A DNA stretch of 64,000 nt, from the NCBI GenBank assembly GCA_964036045.1, contig OZ038378.1, positions 39,122,001 through 39,186,000 on the forward strand, read 5' to 3'. A model generated the notes under the pieces. That model searched no databases. It saw only the letters and a program-made list of their open reading frames with translations, and was not told where the DNA came from. Source of the DNA: Eutreptiella sp. 'Long Island Sound 2002'. Its lineage: Eukaryota > Protista > Euglenida. A program made the position numbers and the translations under genes. Shown here piece by piece: positions 57,464 to 64,000 of the stretch (position 1 is its first letter; every line of letters starts with the position of its first letter).

Positions 57464-57853
57464 TTGGCACATCTGTGTACGGCGACATGCTGTGCTGTGG
57501 TAACAAAAAATAATTGTTGCCTATCGGATAACCTTTTCCACAACCCTGATACACCAATTTCTGACGAACAGGTGCTGCAATACAAAATCAGTGTACGTGT
57601 TCTGAGTCGCATTTTGAAAATTGCCAGTATGGGACGACAATTGACAATCACACTAATGCTTGGACTCCCAATGCGTATATCAACCACCATGGCCAGCGAC
57701 AGTAACGTGAACATTTATCTCCACTTTCCTGCAGACATATATACAGACCGTGAGAACCGTGATAAAACTATGACAAGATGTGTAGGAGATATTCCCGCAA
57801 TAACAATGCCTCACCCTGAGTCAGCGTCATCTGTGCAACGGACCTGTCAATAA
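57464..57853 (+). CDS. Hypothetical protein
   Basis: 129-aa ORF. Confidence 0.3.
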   Translation: MAHLCTATCCAVVTKNNCCLSDNLFHNPDTPISDEQVLQYKISVRVLSRILKIASMGRQLTITLMLGLPMRISTTMASDSNVNIYLHFPADIYTDRENRDKTMTRCVGDIPAITMPHPESASSVQRTCQ

Positions 57854-58105
57854 TTGGGGACATCAGAGCCTGTGTGTATTGCTGTATGGCATGACTATAA
57901 TTGTGCTTGTGCCTGTCCCAGGCCTTGGACATGCATGGTGCATTGTCTGCCTGGTTAGGGTTAGCATGCAGCCATGCCACAACATCCAGGCCCCAATCAC
58001 ATCTCAAGTTTGTCCTGGTTTTCTTTCTGACAGGTGGTAACAGCAACTGGAATACTTGCAGGTTATCATTATCAGCCGAGTCCTAGCTCATTTGACTCTT
58101 TTTTT

Positions 58106-58570
58106 TTACTCCAATGACAATTTCACCTTCAAGCCCTGAATGCGGTCATGCCTGTGACTGTAGAGGCACGTCCCCTGTGCTTTAAAGGGACAGTCTGGAC
58201 CGCGATTAGATTGCTGTGTCTTGAGAAGTTCCCGATGCTTTTCGCAGCAAGTGGGATGATGGTATCTGCATGCATCAGCAAAACTACATGACCCCTGAAT
58301 GTAATGTATGCAGACTTTGTTGTAATGCGTATCACTGTCGCCAATGTGGGCCTTGGCGATACAGCCATTGTCGGGGGCAACGTTAAGGGGGATATAAGAA
58401 TGTGGACGTGTGATAACTTTCTTCTTTGGCATAAGAAGGGCAATGACGGAGTCAGGGATGGAGGCCGTCTTACACAATATACGGCCAAAGTTGAAACATT
58501 TAAAAGTACGCACACAACAACAGTACAACAGAGTGTTCCGCAAATTTCTTGTACAATATGGGGTTGACAT
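58106..58570 (-). CDS. CCCH zinc-finger protein (start probably downstream of the listed position)
   Basis: CIHYIQGSCSFADACRYHH plus a second CPFKAQGTCLYSH. Confidence 0.65.
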   Translation of the reverse strand: MSTPYCTRNLRNTLLYCCCVRTFKCFNFGRILCKTASIPDSVIALLMPKKKVITRPHSYIPLNVAPDNGCIAKAHIGDSDTHYNKVCIHYIQGSCSFADACRYHHPTCCEKHRELLKTQQSNRGPDCPFKAQGTCLYSHRHDRIQGLKVKLSLE

Positions 58571-59822
58571 ACTGAATAAACCGCATCTACTTCAATGTAC
58601 ACTGCAAACAATGCAGAAAAATGGTCAGAAATTGCATTCCCGTGTATTTCGTTGTGTACTGAATTTGTTGTATTTCGGGACGGTGAAATTCTCACTTGTG
58701 AGCATGAAGCAGCATGCAGATGCAAGTTCCTGCATCAGCACCTATGTACCCCTGTATGCACAACGGCATATGCATGCACAACAGCATACAAAAATATGGT
58801 ATGCAGTCATCATTGGCAATAATGCTGCAACAACCAACAGGAACGATGTGCGTTACCATATCAGTATTGTATACAAGGTACTTTTCGAAAGGCAATTTGG
58901 TGAAACGTGCCGTCTGCCAGCTGATTTTACGATGCAAATGCTTGCAGACAGCATTGCACACCATGTGACACACAGACAATACAAACCCGGGTGCTCTCCC
59001 GTCTCATACCAAGTACAGGTTGTGAAACACATAAGAAAATTGTGGAAATGTCTACATCTTGCACTTGACACACCATCATTGATGCAGTATTTGCATGTTC
59101 AACAAAGTGTCTGCTCCGAACATAAAAGGGCACTGGACAATGAAACACTATATGGAAAAGTGTTGCGCCCGCGCATGTTGAATCGTAGACGCAACTATTT
59201 TGTGGAGGATGAAATTGTGCGAATTCACCAGTCATACAGTACCCTGCCACATCAGCACGCAGCAGCACATGCACTACGTGATGCGGTAATTTTGCAGACT
59301 CTAATTGAAACCGGACTTCGGCGTCGAGCTGTAGCCTGGTTGAGATTGCATGAGATTTTTAAAACCAACACCTGCAGCGTGCAGAATGCTGTTTGTACAC
59401 CTGACAAAAATGGGAACATTAGGATGATATTGTTGGGACCCCGTGCAGGAGAGTTGCTGTTACCATACTGCTTAAATCTGTGTGCAACAGGTCGACACAA
59501 TGGCTGGCTATTTCCGAGCAGCAAACAAGCAGGGCTGCACATTGGAGGACCGATGATTAACAGGATAGTACAACAGCGATGCCAACAACTGCAGATAGTG
59601 GGTGTACATGTACACGCCCATGCCATCAGACACTACGTCATCAGAAAATTGGTGAGCATTGACAACAATCTTGAGCAGGTCTCCAAATGGATAGGTCACA
59701 AAACCATTAACATCACGTATGAATATTATTGGAGTCGTAAAACCTCTTTGGACATGTTAGCCGGAATGAACGTACCATGGTTGCAGGATACTGACATCGA
59801 TGTCACTCAGAAATCTGCATAA
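58410..59822 (+). CDS. Tyrosine recombinase/integrase 2, intact (470 aa)
   Basis: RNYFVEDEI..RDAVILQTLIETGLRR, DKNG, WLFPS, HAIRH, WIGH and TYEYY. Confidence 0.92.
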   Translation: MITFFFGIRRAMTESGMEAVLHNIRPKLKHLKVRTQQQYNRVFRKFLVQYGVDILNKPHLLQCTLQTMQKNGQKLHSRVFRCVLNLLYFGTVKFSLVSMKQHADASSCISTYVPLYAQRHMHAQQHTKIWYAVIIGNNAATTNRNDVRYHISIVYKVLFERQFGETCRLPADFTMQMLADSIAHHVTHRQYKPGCSPVSYQVQVVKHIRKLWKCLHLALDTPSLMQYLHVQQSVCSEHKRALDNETLYGKVLRPRMLNRRRNYFVEDEIVRIHQSYSTLPHQHAAAHALRDAVILQTLIETGLRRRAVAWLRLHEIFKTNTCSVQNAVCTPDKNGNIRMILLGPRAGELLLPYCLNLCATGRHNGWLFPSSKQAGLHIGGPMINRIVQQRCQQLQIVGVHVHAHAIRHYVIRKLVSIDNNLEQVSKWIGHKTINITYEYYWSRKTSLDMLAGMNVPWLQDTDIDVTQKSA

Positions 59823-60054
59823 TCTCCTGACAATGTGATAGGGTTTGCACCTCGTCAACGCCTGTATCAGTGGGTATCATCTCTGTTTGTATCAGTTGTA
59901 CTGCAGTCATCAACCTGGTTTTGCAACATGTTCTGTGCACCTTTAGAATGACAAATACATCGTTTTGCGATATGCCCTGTGCACGGAGTGCAGCATACAT
60001 CTCATGTAAATGACCTATCACCTTACAGCATGTGTAACATCGAATTGGCATCAT
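59803..60054 (-). CDS. RPB10: RNA polymerase subunit RPB10 (N)
   Basis: MPIRCYTCCKVIG..HRTCCKTRLMT. Confidence 0.9.
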   Translation of the reverse strand: MMPIRCYTCCKVIGHLHEMYAALRAQGISQNDVFVILKVHRTCCKTRLMTAVQLIQTEMIPTDTGVDEVQTLSHCQEIMQISE

Positions 60055-60085
60055 TATATCTACAAAAGAAAGAAACAAAAGAAAC

Positions 60086-60481
60086 ATGGACAATCATTAT
60101 AATCATTCAATGTACAGATGGCGACACGCAAGGAGGAATGAAGACAACTCATCTGCACAACCACATGTGTGGATCTGGGTATCAATCTTCATCATCGTAG
60201 TTCTAATTTTACCTGTTCTGTTGATGCGGCGTTCCCGTATGCCATACAGGTGTGTCCACTATGGTGCATATTACACTGCTGATCCTACTAAATCCAACCC
60301 TAACCCCAACCAGCAGCCTGTGACCGCGAGTGTCCCAGCACAGGTGGCGGTCCAGCAGCCTGCGACTGCGAGTGTCCCGGCACAGGTGGCGGTTCAGCAG
60401 CCTGCGACTGCGAGTGTCCCGGCACAGGTGGCGGTTCAGCAGCCTGCGACTGCGAGTGTCCCGGCACGGGTGGCGGTTTAG
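60086..60481 (+). CDS. Membrane protein with 14-aa repeats; stop codon inside the repeat array
   Basis: TM segment WIWVSIFIIVVLILPVLLM. The ATASVPAQVAVQQP repeats continue past a CAG>TAG change at 60479. Confidence 0.6.
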   Translation: MDNHYNHSMYRWRHARRNEDNSSAQPHVWIWVSIFIIVVLILPVLLMRRSRMPYRCVHYGAYYTADPTKSNPNPNQQPVTASVPAQVAVQQPATASVPAQVAVQQPATASVPAQVAVQQPATASVPARVAV

Positions 60482-60582
60482 CAGCCTGCGACTGCGAGTG
60501 TCCCGGCACGGGTGGCGGTTCAGCAGCCTGCGACTGCGAGTGTCCCGGCACAGGTGGCGGTTCAGCAGCCTGCGACTGCGAG
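60311..60582. repeat. 42-bp coding tandem repeat (~6.5 copies)
   Basis: CAGCAGCCTGCGACTGCGAGTGTCCCGGCACAGGTGGCGGTT. Confidence 0.95.
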
Positions 60583-60831
60583 GAATAGGACTGTACCCTG
60601 ACCCCCGTATGTACAGGACGTGACACAGCCCCGTTGTTACATGGACAGTGTTTACACCACCAGTAAACCAGATGCTTTGCATTCCCGAAAATAGCTGACA
60701 AACAAACGCTGATCGCTGGTCAAATCTAATCCGTTTTTTTGTTGTTTGTCAAATTTTGTCAAAATATCAAAATCATTTATCATTCGTCGGTATTTTTTGT
60801 ATTATGCAATAGGATCGGACAAAACAACACA

Positions 60832-61659
60832 ATGCGCAATTCAACATGGACAACATCGGGCGGATTTCAACCTCAATTGTCCAAAATAATACTTCGTTAC
60901 AACCCGGTTTTTGTTTGTGAACTTCCTGCTACACAAACACTGAAAAATCTGACACAACTGCTGAACAAAACATCTGTTAATTCAGATACGGTCCTGTGGC
61001 GATTTAGCGAGAGCAAAATAACAATACACAACACCAGCACCGTCACAGATAACCCAATTCAGGTGCAGTGTGATATGGGAATGTCACTATGCAGTGCCAC
61101 CTTTGCATGTTATCAGCCCGATATAGCTGTTGCACTTCACACCCCAGAGCTGCTCCTTGTCACCAAAAACTTGCGCAGGAATATACCAGTGTTCCTTTTT
61201 CTGACACGTGACCTCAGTAAATTCGGTATCGTCGTTGTTACCCCTGGGCATCTCCGCACAACATTGCTGGAAACTATTTCACACACACCCCCCCTTGACG
61301 TTAATATTGACCACTGCAATGCATACATGATTTTTGATCCCAACACACAGAACATCACAGATGTTGGTGCAGTTGTCATAAATAGTGCTGATCTTGTACA
61401 ACTAGTCAAGGAATACGCAACGTGCTGCAAGGAGGTCACCGTTGAGGGCAACACCACATTTGTTCAGTTCAGTGCAGACAATAACAGAAGTTTGCATAGG
61501 ACGGATAAAAGGCAACATTTTTTGTTCATTTCAATTTGTTCATTCAGTGCAGATGACAACAGGACTATTTCAGCTGTGTGCGCAGATCGCGCCAAAATTC
61601 GCACAGACACGGTAACAGTTTCTGTTGCCAGTACTGTGGTGCATTTGGCAGGTACGTGA
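60832..61659 (+). CDS. PCNA: Divergent PCNA (sliding clamp)-like protein; C-terminus possibly degenerate
   Basis: The pattern LKNLTQLL..VLWRFSESKITI..FACYQPDIAVALHTPELLLVTKNL..VFLFL and VINSADLVQLVKEY..EVTVE..VQFSAD fits PCNA secondary-structure motifs. Confidence 0.65.
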   Translation: MRNSTWTTSGGFQPQLSKIILRYNPVFVCELPATQTLKNLTQLLNKTSVNSDTVLWRFSESKITIHNTSTVTDNPIQVQCDMGMSLCSATFACYQPDIAVALHTPELLLVTKNLRRNIPVFLFLTRDLSKFGIVVVTPGHLRTTLLETISHTPPLDVNIDHCNAYMIFDPNTQNITDVGAVVINSADLVQLVKEYATCCKEVTVEGNTTFVQFSADNNRSLHRTDKRQHFLFISICSFSADDNRTISAVCADRAKIRTDTVTVSVASTVVHLAGT

Positions 61660-62521
61660 TCTGCAGGGCATGCCGATGCATTATAACAAAAAATGCACCA
61701 ACAAGACCTATCAAATTGCAATTCCCGTAGACTTGATCAACGTAGTAAGGTGGTATGGGCACTGACTTGTTAGCATTGCAGGGCAACTGACATGACTCAT
61801 AGAACGCATCTGATGCTGAGTTTGTATTGCGCAGCTTCCAGGGTGTTTTGATTTCCAATAGATGGCGTCGTACGATAATAAGTTCAATGCCGGGACCAAC
61901 CTCTTCACAACGCTCTACAAGATAAAGTATCCCATCCGGTGACCCCCGAAGAAAATGCAATGGCTCGCAGGGTATCCAAATACCCTTTTCGTGTAGGACA
62001 AAGTTATGACTGTCATAATGCTGTGCAATAAAGTCCTTGAACAATCTGAAGGCGGTTGCCTCATTCTTTGAGCCATATGTCAGTGGTGCTCCTTCAAGGC
62101 GACATGGATGAAGTATAGCATGCATTCTTGCTAGCGGTGTTTCATAGGGATTGTTGTTGTGTATAGCCCCAAACGTACTTGCAGTCAATCGCATATCTCG
62201 CAATCTAAGCCACGTCTCAGTTCCCTGTTGTGCATTCCACGCATGTAATTGGTCAGTCACACACAACACCTTTGGTGGACGTTTCACAGGTGCACCAAAC
62301 TTCAGGTGCCCATAAGTTCCGTCCCTTAAATCAGACACCCACCGAAAAAAATTACATGCATCTTCCTTCCACCTTGCACAACAATAATATTCACGACCAG
62401 GATTCGCTCTGGAACGACTGGTTCGTCTTGCTGCTGGCCTGTTGTGCAGGCACACTGTGTGCTCAGGGTCGTCATTCTGCACAGGGGCAGGTAGTAGCAG
62501 CGCAGATTTGTGTGGTAACAC
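61565..62521 (-). CDS. GRF zinc finger fused to a YqaJ (lambda-exonuclease-like) viral recombinase
   Basis: CLHNR..NPGREYYCC..CNFFRW, followed by QGTETWLRLR..RLTAS, YGSKNE, GSPDG, LEIKTP and QVYGN. Confidence 0.9.
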   Translation of the reverse strand: MLPHKSALLLPAPVQNDDPEHTVCLHNRPAARRTSRSRANPGREYYCCARWKEDACNFFRWVSDLRDGTYGHLKFGAPVKRPPKVLCVTDQLHAWNAQQGTETWLRLRDMRLTASTFGAIHNNNPYETPLARMHAILHPCRLEGAPLTYGSKNEATAFRLFKDFIAQHYDSHNFVLHEKGIWIPCEPLHFLRGSPDGILYLVERCEEVGPGIELIIVRRHLLEIKTPWKLRNTNSASDAFYESCQLPCNANKSVPIPPYYVDQVYGNCNLIGLVGAFFVIMHRHALQITYLPNAPQYWQQKLLPCLCEFWRDLRTQLK

Positions 62522-62694
62522 GGTTGTGGTCTAGTTTTGCAATGGGTTGCAATTGCTCATCTGCGTGCTGCGTATGGCACGGACAGCATAGAAGCTGTGT
62601 ACATCTGACCATTGCACAAATTCTCCTTCTCCGAGTGCCTGCAGAATTGCAAGATCCACACCTGAATATTCACCAGGATTACGGTGTTCAATCA

Positions 62695-63348
62695 TTATGC
62701 ATATCCGAATCCAAACACACACACTACAGCAAAACACGAGATACATGGTGAGATTGTCCCGTTTCTAAATTTCATCATATGACATTGCTCAAGCATCTGG
62801 TGTCTGGCTAACGTCACACGTGAATCAAAGGTATTGTGCTTATGAAGACCATAGATGATGTACAACCAAAGCACGGTTACTCGGACAGACAAAACTGCAA
62901 GATTCATCCACCCAATAACAATCCACACAGGCAATGCTGTGCTGACAACTATTCGCAAAATGGAGGGTGTTTGGCCTGCACAGATTTCCCATGTCCATAA
63001 TGTGGTCAGAAGGACCTGTGAGATACAACATTGGATTGCACATCGAAACGTAAAGGCACTGTTGGAACCCGTTCTTTGATTGAGACTGCATGTGCTCATC
63101 AACAGACCAGTGAATACAACGTAGTGCATTTCTCTGTAACCATCTACGTGCTGTGTTGTGCCACAAAGTCCCCCGTATACATTCACAGCTCCCCACAGGC
63201 GTGCCACGTGCTGTATTTGAAGTTGGATCAAGTGCAGGGCAGTAAAGCTGATCATGCACACAGGATACAGCAACATGAACCAGTAATACGGTGTATTGGA
63301 CGCCAGTGTGGTGGTGACATTTTGCCCTATTGTGTCACAAGTGCTCAA
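62695..63348 (-). CDS. Putative multi-pass membrane protein
   Basis: 217 aa with several hydrophobic segments. Confidence 0.35.
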   Translation of the reverse strand: MSTCDTIGQNVTTTLASNTPYYWFMLLYPVCMISFTALHLIQLQIQHVARLWGAVNVYGGLCGTTQHVDGYREMHYVVFTGLLMSTCSLNQRTGSNSAFTFRCAIQCCISQVLLTTLWTWEICAGQTPSILRIVVSTALPVWIVIGWMNLAVLSVRVTVLWLYIIYGLHKHNTFDSRVTLARHQMLEQCHMMKFRNGTISPCISCFAVVCVFGFGYA

Positions 63349-63484
63349 TGTATGATTTGCACCCTTCAGAACCTAAGCAATCTACCTCCCCATACCCTCA
63401 TCCGAATATGAATACGTCTGGTTTTTGCGTGGCATGCTGGCGTAGCCGTAGCTGTTGTATATAAGGAAAAGGAAAATATCTTAA

Positions 63485-63886
63485 ATGCAGCATGATGACG
63501 AAAGGGACAAACGTCCCTCCCCCCCCCAACGACACAGCATTGTTTTGGATGTTGCTGCTATAATCGCCCTCACTGTCATCCTCTATTTTATAATGACAAG
63601 ACTGCGTCAACATGCAGTGCGTTGGTCATTCAGTGGCACACACGTACCAGACCCACCAAAACCCCTACCGCCGCTGTCATCCATCCTCCATCCCCCACCA
63701 GAGCCACAGCCTGTGCACTCCCTGGCAAACATACTGCCACGGCTACCGGAACCGGAACCTATACCTTCACAAGCACCGAGTCAGCCGGCAGACACAAGTT
63801 TGGTGTCATTACAACGGTTCCTGAAAGAACAGCATGTTGCATCACAACACATTCGACCTTTTACGACACATCATCATGAAGAATAA
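63485..63886 (+). CDS. Single-pass membrane protein with a Pro-rich stalk
   Basis: IVLDVAAIIALTVILYFIM, followed by PDPPKPLPP/PEPEP. Confidence 0.55.
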   Translation: MQHDDERDKRPSPPQRHSIVLDVAAIIALTVILYFIMTRLRQHAVRWSFSGTHVPDPPKPLPPLSSILHPPPEPQPVHSLANILPRLPEPEPIPSQAPSQPADTSLVSLQRFLKEQHVASQHIRPFTTHHHEE

Positions 63887-64000
63887 TGTTTTGTGGATGC
63901 GTGCTTGTAACTGTGCCGGACAAGTAACGTCAAATATTGCCAGTAGTTCACGTTTGCCTCCGTCAGATGGGTCCGATTCCACTTCAGCTGTGATGACATA

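Larger units (their letters stand above)
25524..64000. mobile_element. Endogenous giant virus (Nucleocytoviricota, Pimascovirales-like by motif recall); left border ~25,524, right border outside the window
   Basis: Dense, apparently intronless ORFs with overlapping or abutting ends, including A32 ATPase, RPB1, RPB10, TFIIS, TBP-like, PCNA, YqaJ, ERCC4 and a 287R/12L-like protein. The region carries nonsense and frameshift lesions and host-repeat insertions. Confidence 0.93.

Noticed and set aside
60294-60312. AACCCTAACCCCAACC telomere-like motif
   Set aside because: It has only one perfect unit and encodes NPNPN within an ORF.
25524-64000. Major capsid protein, PolB, VLTF3, or a virophage/Polinton identity
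   Set aside because: No recognisable MCP, PolB or pPolB motifs were found. Multi-subunit RNA polymerase genes rule out a Polinton or virophage. The missing hallmarks probably lie outside the window.

Overview
Eukaryotic genomic DNA from a repeat-rich, unidentified host. The left 25.5 kb is host repeat and transposon DNA: a composite satellite with an internal inversion, a 2.66-kb Mutator/Foldback-like element with a 9-bp TSD, a degenerate LINE-like RT remnant, a frameshifted Helitron Rep-PIF1 gene and a ~1,146-bp tandem array. From ~25,524 to the window end lies a gene-dense, apparently intronless, decaying endogenous giant virus (Nucleocytoviricota). It encodes an A32 packaging ATPase, RPB1, RPB10, TFIIS, a TBP-like factor, PCNA, an ERCC4 nuclease, a UvrD helicase, a GRF-YqaJ recombinase, a possible D5-like helicase and two tyrosine recombinases. 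By motif recall, the A32, TBP-like and 287R/12L-like proteins look most like Pimascovirales (irido/marseille/pitho-like) homologues; this is not tested phylogenetically. The viral DNA is interrupted by three blocks of one G-rich minisatellite and by a 6.15-kb GC-rich element that encodes a Ulp1-like protease, ends in (ACCT)n and is flanked by a ~1.88-kb direct duplication of viral genes. No major capsid protein, PolB, right viral border, rRNA, tRNA or CRISPR array is visible. All family assignments come from motif recognition by eye, not database searches.
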